A program made the translations under genes and the position numbers. From Octopus sinensis (taxonomy: Eukaryota): a stretch of DNA of 64,000 nt. This document shows positions 12,667 through 25,789 of this stretch, piece by piece. Position 1 is the stretch's first letter. The number at the start of each line of letters is the position of its first letter. The notes under the pieces were generated by a model, which saw nothing but the letters and a program-made list of their open reading frames with translations, searched no databases and had not been told where the DNA came from. Location: the NCBI RefSeq assembly GCF_006345805.1, contig NC_043006.1, positions 26,412,001 to 26,476,000 of the forward strand, given 5' to 3'.

Positions 12667-13052
12667 GGTACAGGCATGGCTGTGTGGTAAGAAGCTTGCT
12701 TCCTAACTTCATGGTTCCAGGTTCAGTCCCACTGCATGACACCATGGGCAAGCATCTTCTACTATAGCCTCAGGCTGACCAAAAGCCTTGTGAGAAGATT
12801 TGGTAGATGGAAACTGAAAGAATCCTGTCGTATGTGTGTGTCTTTGTTTGTCCACCCCAATATCACTTGATAACTGGTGTTGGTGCGTTTACATCCCCGT
12901 AACTTAACAGTTCAGCAAAAGAGACTGATAGAATAAGTACTAAGCTTAAAAAAAGTCTTGGGGGGTCAATCTGTTCAACTAAAACCCTTTAAGAGGGTGC
13001 TCCAGCATGACCCGCAGACAACTGACTGAAGCAAGTAAAAGAATAAAAGAAT
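12665..13052 (+). mobile_element. tRNA-derived SINE (family A)
   Basis: Same head, core and tail as 4177-4563. Confidence 0.85.
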
Positions 13053-13442
13053 ATGTATGTGAAATAGGTTCAAATGGAGGTTAAAATATACAATAAATTA
13101 CTGAGTCATTACCAAATATTTGTTATGATCAATAATATTCATAAAATAATAGATCATGGCTTATGATCATTTAAAAGAAGATTAAAAAAATGGAGATAGT
13201 ATTTTAGTATAAAATAATATTCAGACTGCTGAGATGATTAATAACCTAATAACCTAATAGTATATCTTCTTTCTACCCCACTGATGAGATTTTGCCTACT
13301 ACAATGATTTAATAATTGTCATTTTAATCTTTAGGCTTAATTGAAACAGCTGTAAGAATGTTGGATTTTTGCAGATAATAAATTTTTATTAAAAGCTATA
13401 CTTCCATTTCCTTAATCCTCTTCTATATATGAAATATATATA

Positions 13443-14272
13443 CACGAGGTTTGACCAATAAGTATCCGGACTGTTGCCATAGTAACGAAGCTAAATTACA
13501 GTGTGAAGCCACTTGACACAGATTGACCTTGAACTCTGCTGTGCATGCCCACTAAGTTTTAACATTCTAGTTCACTTCCACTATTTACAGCAGTACTTGG
13601 AGGGAAGGTGTGTAGTGTGTGATTGTCACATTAACCATGACAGAGAAAGTTGTCATGGTGATACCTGCTCATAGGCCTACGCAAAGTTGCAGAAAGTGCA
13701 TGGAGAGGAGTGTATGAGCCACACATGCTGAAAAAAATGTTGAGATCGACGAACGTTCTGGTGGATCCACAACCAGCAGAACTGAGAAAAGCATTGCAAG
13801 TGTGCACAAAGCTGTGATGGTAATTTCAGCAAATTCCCATCCGTGAGTTATCAGAGGATGTGCAGATTAGTTATGGTTCAATCAATTATCACTGAAGATT
13901 TGGGTATGAGACACGAGTCTGCCAAGTTTGTACCAAAACTGCTTTCAGCTGACCAAAAAGACATTCAGGTTTCAGTTGCACAAGAATGAAGAAAACTTTG
14001 CGTAGACCTCTGAACAGGTATCACCAAACTTTTGGCAAAATTTGATGCAGATTCTCTGCTCAACTTTCTCTATCATGGTCAATGCGACGATCATACGCTA
14101 CACACCTTCCTTCCAAGCACTGCTGTAAACAGCAAAAGTGAGAGAGAATGTTAAAACTTGGTGCACATGCACAGCTGAGCTCAAGGTCAATCTGTGCCAA
14201 GTGGCTTCACTCTGTGTGCTTTAGCTTCATTTCCAAATCAACAGTCTGGATACTTATTGATCAGACCACATA
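13443..14272 (+). mobile_element. Non-autonomous mariner derivative with long inverted termini
   Basis: Termini cgaggtttgaccaataagtatccggact / agtctggatacttattgatcagacc; inverted similarity extends ~240 bp; transposase N-terminal fragment ERSG...RELSE...LGMRHESAKFVPKLL. Confidence 0.8.
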
Positions 14273-14284
14273 TGTAAAATATAT

Positions 14285-14661
14285 ACTCTTTACTCTTTTA
14301 CTCGTTTCAGTCATTTGACTGCGGCCATGCTGGAGCACCGCCTTTAGTCGAGGAAATCGAACCCAGGACTTATTCTTTGTAAGCCTAGTACTTATTCTAT
14401 CGGTCTCTTTTGCTGAACCACTAAGTTACGGGGACGTAAACACACCAGCATCAGTTGTCAAGTGATGTTGGTGGGACAAACACATATATATACATATATA
14501 TGACAGGCTTCTTTCAGTTTCTGTCTACCAAATCCACTCACAAAGCTTTGGTCGACCCAAGGCTATAGTAGAAGACACTTGCCCAAGGTGCCATGCAGTG
14601 AGACTGAACCTGGAACCATGTGATTAGTAAGCAAGCGACTTACCACACAGCCACTCCTGCA

Positions 14662-14662
<1 letters not shown>
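14285..14662 (-). mobile_element. tRNA-derived SINE (family A)
   Basis: Reverse-complement copy. Confidence 0.85.
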
Positions 14663-14701
<39 letters not shown>

Positions 14702-15289
14702 TATATAGATATAGATATAGATATATATTAAATAAAATATATATAACAATTGCAGCATGGAAGGTGTTTATAAGCCATTTAAGAAACACAAAAACCGTTA
14801 GATTTACTTCAACATTTAATCCACACTGCAATTGTTTTCATTCTAGCACATGATCTCAGATCAGGTCACTTGCTATGCAAGTACATCTCCATAAAATTTA
14901 TATATGTTTTTATATATATTTTACTTCGTTTAGTCGTAAGAACCATGTGGTTGGTAAGCAAGTTACTTACCATACAACCACTCCTGCACCTATATTATAT
15001 ATATATATATTAAATAAAATACATATTCTTTTTTATATATCTTTTACTTCGTTAAGTTGTAAGAGTGCAGCTATGCAACTGTGGTCATGCTGGAGCACCA
15101 TTCTGAAGAATTTTAGTTGAAGAAACCAGCATTTGTACTTATTTTTCTTTTAGGCCTGTTACTTATGCTGTCAGTCTCTCTTACACAACTGCTAAGTTAT
15201 AGAGGACACCAACCCCTGTTGTCAACTGGTGGGGGGACAAACTCAGGCACTATGTCACACACACACACATACATATATGTATATACATG

Positions 15290-15327
<38 letters not shown>

Positions 15328-15364
15328 CAACATCGAAATAAAAATTCAAATGGAAATTGTAGTT

Positions 15365-15675
15365 AAGACACCCGTGCCAGTGACACGTAAAAAAACACCG
15401 TCCGAACGTAGCAGATGCCAGCGCCACCTGACTGGCGTTCATGTCGACGACATGTAAAAGCACCAACCAATCGTGGCCGTTTGCCAGCCTACTCTGGCCC
15501 GTGTAAAAAACACCCACTACGCTCACCGAGTGGTTGGCGTTAGGAAAGGCATCCAGCTGTAGAAACACTGCCAAATCAGACTAGAGCTTGGTGCAGCCTC
15601 CATGGCTTCCAGACCCTGGTCGAACTGTCCAACCCATGCTAGCCGTGGAAAATGGACGTTAAATGATGATGATGA
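15365..15675 (+). mobile_element. SINE family C
   Basis: Repeated ...cacgtaaaaa.cacc modules, ttaggaaaggcatccagc core, (gat)n tail. Confidence 0.8.
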
Positions 15676-15723
15676 AATATATATATATATATACATATAT
15701 ATACATGTACATGTGTGTTTGGG

Positions 15724-15769
<46 letters not shown>

Positions 15770-15817
15770 CATTATTAAATCTCAGAACGAGATGTAAACA
15801 GTAATCACTCGATAATG

Positions 15818-16016
15818 TAAAGTATAAAAGCCATCTCAATATGGCTAACCACAAAGGGGGGGGTGTTACTGCAGCTTTTTAGCCCTAGGAGATCATCATC
15901 TCACACAGAAAGTGTGTCTAAAGCCAGCTGGAGACGATGATCTCCTGGGGCTAAAAAGCTACAGTAACACCCCCCCCCTTTGTGGTTAGCCATATTGAGA
16001 TGGCTTCTATACTTTA
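15818..16016. mobile_element. Palindromic element next to (TA)n, related to the 10215 family
   Basis: ~85-bp near-perfect inverted arms; shares the ggggg...tagccctagga motif with the 10215 unit. Confidence 0.65.
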
Positions 16017-16119
16017 TATATATATATATAATATATATATATATATATACGCACACACATGTGAGCACATAAGTGCAAAACAAAGTGGAAAAAATAGTAC
16101 TCAAATACCAAAGGCAGAG

Positions 16120-16445
16120 TAATATGCTTTTATCACAAGACTGTTCCTCAGAGTTTCATGTTCCCATTTGATGGACAGTTGTCATGAAAACTGAATTAAA
16201 ATTGTGATGGTACAGGTAATATGGTATGATGAAATGTAATTCAAATTCACAAATAAACACATAAATTTGATTGGGTAGATTTCAAATTTAAATGGTTATT
16301 TGTGTATTTGAATTACATTACATCACACTATATTACATGTATCATCACAATTTTAATTCAATTTTCATCATAACTGTCCAATGAATGGGAATATGAAACT
16401 CTGAGTAACAGTCTCACAATAATTGTGTAGCTTTAATAAAAGTAT
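16120..16445. mobile_element. Palindromic element with degenerate hammerhead (16373-16412, +)
   Basis: ACTGT-CCAATGA-ATG(ggaa)TAT-GAAA-CTCtGAG-TA-ACAGT; mirror copy near 16140-16178. Confidence 0.6.
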
Positions 16446-17069
16446 ATATCTATATATATGCATACATACACATATATATGTATATATATATATATATATG
16501 CTAGCTGACACACCCAATAATTCCTGGAGTAGCAGGGATATCTTTTGGTTCCGTTCTCATAATTGTTTTGCGAATCCAATAACATTACAAAGTATGTAGC
16601 CCTTAAAACGGTTTTTGTGCTTTTACAGAGAATACTGAACTGTTTTACATAGGATGTTGTTTTTAGGAAATCCCAATAAATTATGGATACCCAAATTGTG
16701 AAGTCAGTTACATAATAACATGAAATTAGTTACCCAATAGTAAGAATTCAAATATAGAAACCCTGAAAAGGGCTTTAATGCATTCCCAGAGTATATAGAA
16801 CTTAGGAGGAAATACCAATAACGTATGTGTACTAAAATCGTGAAGCATGTTACATAATAACAATTCAAAGTAAATAATTCTGAAAAGGGCTTTTATGCAT
16901 TCCCAGAGAATATTACCTTCAGGGGCACTAGTGTTGAAATAGATGAAATAGATTTACAATGAGTGTAGAAACATACTGACATTTAGTTTTACAGTAGACA
17001 TACAAATTTGTATATTGATTTTAAAATAAAATAACATGTAGATTATCAATACATTTACAACACGTATGA

Positions 17070-17640
17070 AAACATCAACACAGCTATCAACATGAATTAA
17101 GAAAATGTTCCTATATGGAAACAGCGAGTGAACTGTAGGAGTACAGTGCAGATTGCAATGTTATTGATAGATAAATGACAATTTCAGTCTGCTTGTGTGG
17201 CTGGTTGTTACATAGAGTACATCATTTCAAAACATTAACACATCTATCAATACAAATTAAGAAGGTGTTCCAACATGTAAACAGCATGTGACCTTTATGG
17301 CAGTGCAGATGACCAGTGGACGGAAAAGAAAAATAAGGGATTTTAAATGGGTTATTTCCCCTTGGCTATTGTAGAAAAGTAAAGTGTACATGTTAAGAAA
17401 ACATCAACACAGCTATCAATATAAATTAAGAAAATGTTCCTACATGGAAACAGCGTGTGAACTGTATGAGGACAGTGCAGATTGCAATGTTATTGATAGA
17501 TAAATGGCAATTTCTTTCTGCTTGTCTGGTTGGTTGTTACATAGAGTACATCATTACAAAACATTAACACATCTATCAATACAAATTAAGAAGGTGAACC
17601 AACATGTAAACAGGGTGTGACATTTGTGATGACAGTGCAT
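17070..17640. repeat. Tandem duplication, period 329 bp, built from ~160-170-bp subunits
   Basis: aacatcaacacagctatcaa at 17071 and 17400; related aacattaacacatctatcaa at ~17231 and ~17560. Confidence 0.8.
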
Positions 17641-17862
17641 TTGTCTAAAAGCAAAACAGATCTTCATGCAGCGCGTGTCAATTGGCTCAAGTGACATGAA
17701 AGGTATTGTCATTCATGGTATATTTGTGGGTATAATCACTAACTGAAATAAGTGGATCTTCTGTTTAGGAAAATATTATTTACTTGTTTAAGGGTTGTAC
17801 TGGGTAAATTGCGAAAATAATTCTAACAGTTCAAATACTAAGAAATAAGCATAGTTCATTTA

Positions 17863-18255
17863 TCTCTCTATATATAAAGCTGAAGTTGTCTGTGTATGGC
17901 AGGTTTGGTAGCCTTCAACTAACACTATCTCCTCCGAGACCCTGCGGCGCAAGTTGACCAAAATTGAGAGTATGATAGAAGAAGGCTTGCTCTTCCTTCC
18001 GTAGAAGAAAAAATTTAAATTGGACCATGTTAACACCAAAAATTATTTACATCAAAAAGGTGCTTTTTTTTCTATGAAAATCCCTATTTTTTACGTTTTT
18101 CTGACTGCTGTATCTCCATTTTTCGGTGTATTTAAACCAGAAAATTGTTCACTTAAAGAGAATAACAAGCTACATAATGCAAAATTTTTACTTTTCAAAA
18201 ATTCCAATTCTAAAGGGTCGAAACAAACCCGAGCAACGCCGAGCGATACTGCTAG
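17863..18255 (+). mobile_element. Non-autonomous Helitron-type element
   Basis: 5' TC, 3' CTAG, inserted between A and T; GC-rich subterminal motif ccgagcaacgccgagcg. Confidence 0.75.
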
Positions 18256-18549
18256 TACCAAATAAAATCACTGATCTTGTCTGACAATTTCTTGTAAGAA
18301 AATCCACCTAATGTAGAATGCTTGTTTAATAAATTGAGAAGTATTTATTATACATTTTTTCATTTATTATATACAGGAAAATGAATGCGGATTCTTCTTA
18401 TGAGCTGTAGCCATCCAATTATAGATTTTTATTAAACTTCAAAGTGCCTAGTAACAAACTTCATGCCACTTCTTTAGCATGTTTGCAAAGTTACACAAAA
18501 ATCTGTTGACAAGTGTAGACAGCAACTTGACAGAAACAGACAACTTGCT

Positions 18550-18809
18550 TTTGGCACCTGTGTCGGTGGCACATAAAAAACACCATCCAAGCGTGGCCGT
18601 TCGCCAGCCTCGTCTGGCACCTGTGTCGGTGGCACATAAAATCACCCACTACACTCTCGGAGTGGTTGGCGTTAGGAAGGGCATCCAGCTGTAGAAACAC
18701 TGCCAGATCTGACTGGCCTGGTGCAGCCTTCGGGCTCCCCAGACCCCAGTTGAACCGTCCAACCCATGCTAGCATGGAAAGCGGACGCTAAACGATGATG
18801 ATGATGATG

Positions 18810-18810
<1 letters not shown>
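18550..18810 (+). mobile_element. SINE family C
   Basis: Two ggcacctgtgtcggtggcacataaaa modules plus core and (gat)n tail. Confidence 0.85.
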
Positions 18811-18846
<36 letters not shown>

Positions 18847-19139
18847 CAATAGATAAAGGGATTAATAAATTCAGGCAGATATCTTCAAATCACTCAGTAT
18901 TAAGCAAACTTGGTCAACTATATCAAACAATCAGATACCAATAAATTCAAATAGTATTAACATCTCAGTTATGTTAATTCCCCTATCACAGACCATATTA
19001 TCAATCATTTATTACTATCATTCATGCCACTCACTCTGTACAGAAGTTGATGAGTGAGCAGACATTTGGAGTCATGAAATTCCTCTAAACATGTGAAGGA
19101 TGTGATTATCAGTATAGTGCTGGTGTCATGTAACTACAC

Positions 19140-20175
19140 CAGCTGTCCTCGCCTGTATGCATCACATGACCATACCAGCACAGTCTTCTCTCTTACACAC
19201 TACATCTGATGTCTCTTATACCCAACTTTTCTCTTAGGACACTTACACTCAGTCATACATGCACACTGACATTACCCATCAGCAGAGCATGCTAGCTTTA
19301 TTCCTTTCAAGACTTTGCATGTCTTCTATAGTCACAACCCATTTTTCCCTGCCATGTAGCATGGATGTTTGCACACAGGCATCATACAACCTGCCTTTTA
19401 CTCTGAGGGAGACGTCCTTTATTACCAACAAAGGTAGAAGCTCTCTGAATTTTGCCCAGCCTGTTCTTATTCCAGCAGCCATGCTCTCATAGCATCCTCC
19501 TCCACTGCTGACTTGGTCACCCAGGTAATGGAAGTTACCTACTACTTGTAAGTATCCCTGCCAGGCATTTGATGAAGTCTATTTTCTGCACATTCTTCGT
19601 GTTTATTGTACCAGCATACACAAGGACTACTTTCTTTGTTGACCTTCCTCTGATACTACTACATATCTTGTGTCCATAGCTTGCACCAGATACACTTTAT
19701 GGAGTTTCTACCTACACCCTTTCTACATATCAAGCAGGCCATTTGATTCCAAGCCCTGCTTCCAGACCTTAAACTTCTTCCCTAGTTTTGGTAGTGATCC
19801 AGCTACAAGAACAAGGTCATCAACATAGAGGAGCTCCCAAGAGCAGGCTGTCTTAAATTCCTCTGTTATGACATTGAGGACTACAATGAACAAATGGGGC
19901 TGAGAACTAATCCCTGGTGAATTCCTAATTGTATACTGAATTCATTGCTATACTTGTTGCCAACTTTCATCTTACTGACAGCATCCCTGTACATGGCTTG
20001 TACAGCTCTCACCAACCACTCATCTACCCCTAGTTTCCACATTTTTTCCATATTAACAAAAGCCAAGGACAGAGGTTTATTTTTGACTAGGTACTTCTCC
20101 TACTTACCAGGAATATACCAATGGTAGTGCTTCTCCCAGGCACAAAACCAAACTGCATCTCATCTAGACTCTCTT
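19140..20175 (-). mobile_element. Decayed RTE LINE (RT region)
   Basis: KLGVDEWLVRAVQAMY, GIHQGLVLSP, WAKFRELLPLL...GRLYDACV. Confidence 0.85.
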
Positions 20176-20191
20176 CCTAATTAGTTGAGCT

Positions 20192-20690
20192 ATCATCATC
20201 ATCATTGTTTAACATCTGCTTTCCATGCTGGCATGGGTTGGATGGTTTGACAGTTTGACTGAGGACTGGCGAGCCAGATGGCTGCACAAGACTCCAATCT
20301 GATCCAGCAGAGTTTCTACAGTTGGACGCCCTCCCTAACATCAACCACTCTGAGAGTGTAGTGGATGCTTTTATGTGCCACCGGCACGAAGACCAGTCAG
20401 GTGGTACTGGCAATGGCCACACTCAAATGGTGCTTTTTACATGCCACCTGCACAGGAGCCAGTCCAGCAGCACTGGCAATGACCTTGCTTGAATGTTGTT
20501 TTTCATGTGCCACTGGCATAAGTGCCAGTAAGGTGACGCTGGTAATGATCACGCTCAAATGGTGTTTTTTATGTGCCATCGGCATGGGAGCCAGTCAGCA
20601 GCCCTGGAAACGATCACACTCGGATGGTGCTCTTAATGTTCCACTAGCACGGATGCCAGTCAGGCGGTGCTGTCATCGGCCACATCAGTG
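20192..20690 (-). mobile_element. SINE family C with several 5' ~60-bp modules
   Basis: (CAT)n tail at ~20192; repeated ggtg(c/t)tttt..atg(t)gccac modules. Confidence 0.75.
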
Positions 20691-20720
20691 AATTTGATTT
20701 TGATTTCACTTGCCTCAACA

Positions 20721-20870
20721 GGTCTTTGCAAGCAGAGTTTAGTGTCCAATGGTCTTCACAAGCAGAGTTTAGTGTCCAATGGTCTTCACAAGCAGAGTTT
20801 AGTGTCCAATGGTCTTCACAGGCAGAGTTTAGTGTCCAATGGTCTTCACAAGCAGAGTTTAGTGCCCAAT
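20721..20870. repeat. 30-bp tandem repeat x5 in an RTE 3' region
   Basis: ggtcttcacaagcagagtttagtgtccaat units at 20721, 20751, 20781, 20811 and 20841. Confidence 0.95.
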
Positions 20871-20874
20871 AAAA

Positions 20875-22335
20875 GAAAGGTATGCATAAGTGGGCTGGTT
20901 ACACCACTGGCATAGGCCACGGATTATGGTTTCACTTTGTTTGCCAGGTCTTATCAAGCATAGTATATTTCCAAAGGTCTTGGTCACTAGTCATTGCTTT
21001 GGTGAGGCCTAATGTTCGAAGGTTGTGCTTCACCACCCTATTCAAGGTCTTCTTGGGTCTACCTCTTCCACAGGTTCCCTCAACCGCTAGGGTGTGACAC
21101 TTTTTCACACAGTTATCCTCACCCATTCTCACCACATGACCATACCAGCACAATCGTCTCTCTTGCACACCATATCTGATGCTTCTTATGTCCAACTTTT
21201 CTCTCAAGACACTTACACTCTGTCACACATCCAGCAGAGCATACTGGCTTCATTCCTTGCAAGCTTACACACGTCCTTAGCAGTCACGGCCCATGTTTCA
21301 CGGCTGTTTGTACACATGCATCATACAGTCTACCTTTTACTCTGAGCGAGAGGCCCTTTGTCACTAGCAGAGGTAGGAGCTCTCTGAACTTTGCCCAGGA
21401 TATTCTTATTCTAGCAGCTACACTTTCAGAGCGACCACCCCTGCTACTGACTTGGTCACTTAGGTGATGGAACCTATCAAATACTTCTAGTTTTTCTCCC
21501 TGGAATGTGGTAGAAGTTGTTCTCTGCACATTTTCAGTGTTTACTGCTCCTGAGCATCTGCTACATACAAAAACTATCTTCCCAGTTAGTCTTCCTTTGA
21601 TATTGCTGCACCTCTTATGTGTCCATAACTTACACTGGGTACATCTTATGGAGTTTCTACCTACGCCTTTTCTACCGATTGAGCAGGGCCATCTAACTGA
21701 AGGGATTTGTGGTTTGTCTGCCTTCCTACTTATTAAGACTTTGGTTTTAGCTAGGTTGACTCTAAGGTCCTTTTATTCTAATCCTTGCTTCCACACCTGA
21801 AACTTCTCCTCTAGTTCTGATAGTGACTCAGCAATAAGATCAAAGTCATCAGCATAGAGGAGCTCCCAGGGGCATCTATGTTTTGAATTCCTCTGTTATT
21901 GCCTGGAGGACAATGATAAATAGGAGGGGGCTGATGACTGAAACTTGGTGGACGCCTACCTCTACCCGGAATTCTTCACTGTATTCATTGCCAACCCTCA
22001 CCTTACTGACAGTATCCCTGTACATGGCTTGCACAGCTCTCACTAACCATTTCCACTAACCAGGTACAGGGGTTTATCTTTGGCTAGGTATTTCTCCTGC
22101 AGCTGTCTTACCAGAAATATAGCATTAGTGGTGCGTTTCCCTGGCACAAACCCAAACTGCATCTCGTCTTGACTGACCCTCTCACTAATCGGTTGGGCTA
22201 CAACCCTCCCCATGACTTTCATTACCTGATCCAACAGCTTGATACCGCTGTAATTATTTGAATCTAATGCGTCACCTTTACCTTTGTAGCAGTTGACTAT
22301 GGTACTGCTACACCAGTCATTGGGAATGCCTCCTG
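20875..22335 (-). mobile_element. Decayed RTE LINE (RT plus C-terminus)
   Basis: IPNDW...YKGKGDALD...QFGFVPG...RQLQEKY, WELLYADD, QERRLCWYGHV...GRGRPKKT. Confidence 0.92.
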
Positions 22336-25300
22336 GTACCATTACCATGAAATCTAGAAATTCTACAAGCAATTAAAATTTACATACTTGTAAAATTTTA
22401 ATGGTTGGTGAGTGATTGTGATGGAATGAAAAAAGGTTATCTAGTGATGCTTGATTCCACTATTAATGGTTCCATTGCAGAAATGCAAATCTTAACTCCA
22501 ACACATATGTATTGTTGAAACACATCTTTTATTCAAGATAGTAAGTACATCTGAATGGAACAGAAACATCTATAAGCTACAATACAAAAACATTGAGATC
22601 AAATAAGGCTTTAGACGAGAAATGTTAGCAATCTAAATAATATTAAGTTTGGAACTGATAGATGAAAATATAATATTGCTGTGTATAAAATTCCAAATTT
22701 TTGAACAACACAAGATTATCGTGGCAAAAATATATGTATGTGTACATGTTTGTATGAAATAAAAAATATATACAGCTGTAACAACCAAAAGTATGTATAC
22801 ATTTTCAACATGCATGCAAAGTAAAATATTGAAGTGTGTAGAAGCTCAAAGTACATGACAGTCAACCATCAAATAAACACTACTGTTTGCATTTTAGAAC
22901 ATGATGCCACAGTATAAACAAAACATGGTATCTATGTCAGACAACACAAAGGCTATTATAAAAAGCCCAACAGACATCAACAGCAAAACCTCAAAAGAAT
23001 GTAATAATGCTAGAGTTACTAATAGAATTTTTAAGGCAGAACAAGAGTGAGACAAAGAATAACAATTGTAATATTTTTACCTAATGTCTTTTATTCAAGA
23101 GTTGGAAATATCTGGTCTGTTATTCTGGTCAACACTTTGTAATAACTTGTGTTGATATGAAGAGAAGATGGTGTTCTGACATAGAATTGGTATTTTCAGT
23201 TGAGAAGTTGGTAAAAGTTGATAAGTAGGAAATATGTTGGTTGCTGTGGTTAGTTCTGTGATGATGACAGAGTTTCATGGCAACTGGTTGTAATTCTAAA
23301 GGTACAGATGTCATGTTTTGTTTATACTGTGACCTTACATCTTGTTAATAGTAGTTGATTGTAGTTCTGAAGGCAACTGAGTGATAATCTGCTGCAGTAT
23401 TTGGCTGAAATGTTGATGAATTTGAGACTGTTGTCCAGAAAAGGACAAAGAGAGAATGCCTTACTGACAAAGAATCTGAAGCACAACTAATTTGTTAAAA
23501 CAGTTCTATATTTAAATATCCGTCAAATGTAAATAATGTAATTTGTTAAAGTAAAATATCTGTGTATTTAGTCTTAAAGACAGCTATCTTTTCCTCTTCA
23601 GGCAACTTTAGGTACCAAAACAACATAGATGAAAACAGTAACTGTGGTCTATCAGTAAAAAACGATTTGCAACAAAAGGAAATGGTCTGATTGGTTCAAA
23701 ATGACCAAGAAAATGAACCAACCATGTAACGTTTCTTAGTGTTTGCTGCTACGTTCGCTTTACACCTTAGAAAAACATTTGGTAACGGTAGACGAAGTGA
23801 GCAGTTTTCCCTTTTGCTAGAACCCTTAATTGAGGGGCGTTAAGATTGCTGACGGAAGATTCGTTTAACGAAGCAACAGACAAGAAACTAAAATTTAAAA
23901 AATACAAATGAGATTTAGTGTCCGCTGAAGAATGTTATCGCGCTTTTTAGGGAATGTTCGAAGGAATAGTTTTTTAGAAAATGGAAATCAAATAGTATAA
24001 ACATTAGTACTAGATTATGGACTCTTAAAAATGCAGTTATTCGTTATCTAACCTGCTGAGGAAACCTATTACATCCTCTTAGAAAAGTGTTTCGGATATT
24101 TTATACAGCAACGACAAAGGGACGTAACTTTATCAAAATACTTAATAAATATGGGTAGATGTGCTCAGATCCGAAACTTCAATCTCTGAAAAATAATTTT
24201 GGGTATTTGGAGCGAATTCATCAATAGAGTTAAACAATTCCTTAAAGTAAAGGTTGTTCCTGTCAAGCTAACCTCAAATTAACAACACAGAATGGTAAAG
24301 GTTGCTGCTGCTTTTATTCGACCTCTCTATCAAAATCAAGATAGACAAAAACAATCGTATTCTATGGAGCTGAAACGGTAATCATTTATGCCAAACACAT
24401 AACTTCTTGAGTAAAATAGCTGACACCAAGTCGAAGGCGTTACGATACTCAAAACGACTAACTTGACCAGCATATAAACAAACACAGGATATTATTAATG
24501 GTAATAAAACTGACGAAAATTTTCATACAAAATATGTGCCACTCGAAGTTGACCATTAGATTTGTAGAAGAAAGCGAGAAAGAGGACAGTAAAATTTAAA
24601 TTTCTATTTTCATTAGGTGAAATGCATTTGGATGTATTATCGTTTTGCCTGGGTTTGATTAGGTTATCAAGTAAAAACTTCAGGTCTTCCCCTTTATTTA
24701 TGCATTTAATGACCTTGGGAAAATGTTAACTGTATAACATACCATTTTCTCACAACTATAAATCCGAAATGTCGTACTTTACCAAAATTAAATATTTTTC
24801 CACGGTTAGTAAATGTAAAAATATTGCGGTAGTTTTAATTTATTTCCATCTTATTGGAATTTTTTTCTGGAATTATTGTTCTAGCAAATAAAATAAATAT
24901 TACCATTTTTTTATGGTATTGTCTGTAAAAATAGATTTTTTTCAAAGATGATTGGAATTATTTGGGACAACACTTAACGATAATAAAATTTACTAATTCT
25001 TTGTATTGGTTAGATATGTAATTTTCATCGCGTAAGTTCCAAGTACCATGTGCGATGTGTTTACTTTAACAAAATGTTACATCCGGTTTCATGGATATCT
25101 GGGATAGCTGATGCAAACTATTTCTGTATAAAAATCTCTAACCATTGCCTACTTGAATGTACGGAAGGTCAATAGCATAATTTATAAACTTGGTGGCGTA
25201 GTATGTAAGAATTTCCAATTGTACCATGATTTTGAAAACATTTTAGAACCAATTTAAGCGAAATAGTCAACTCACTTCCTTCCTTCCGCCCATACTTCTT

Positions 25301-25399
25301 TGTTTCTTTATTCTTTTCTGAAAGAAGAGTTATATGCAAAGCTTTGGGGAAACTGAAATTTCACAGATTGTTACCCCATTTTTTAATTTTTTTATTTTT

Positions 25400-25770
25400 C
25401 ATAGGCGCAGGAGTGACTTTATGGTAAGAAGTTTGCTTCCCAACCACATAGTTCTAGGTTCAGTCCCACTGCGTGGCACCTTGGGCAAGTGTCTTCTACT
25501 TTAGCCTCAGGTTGACCAAGGCCTTGTGAGTGGATTTGGTAGATGGAAACTTAAAGCCTGTCATATGTATATATATGTGTGTGTGTGTTTGTCCCCCCGA
25601 CTATTGCTTGACAACCGATGTTGGTGTGTTTACATCCCCTTAACTTAGATACCGATAGAATAATTACTAAGCTTACAAAGAATAAGTCCTGGGGTCGATT
25701 TGTTCAACTAAAGGCAGTGCTCCAGCATGGCCACAGTCAAATGACTGAAACAAGTTAAGAATAAAAGTAT
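25400..25770 (+). mobile_element. tRNA-derived SINE (family A)
   Basis: Head ggcgcaggagtg..., tail aaacaag...aaaag. Confidence 0.85.
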
Positions 25771-25789
25771 CTTTGGGTGATTAAGTGAA

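Noticed and set aside
18640-18700. HDV-like ribozyme in the family C SINE core
   Set aside because: Hairpins exist, but I could not build the nested double pseudoknot (P3/P1.1) by eye.
23932-24600. Short ORF MLSRFLGNVRR... resembling a mitochondrial presequence
   Set aside because: Stops after 22 codons with no clear donor; downstream sequence looks like decayed RTE (VFYGAET).
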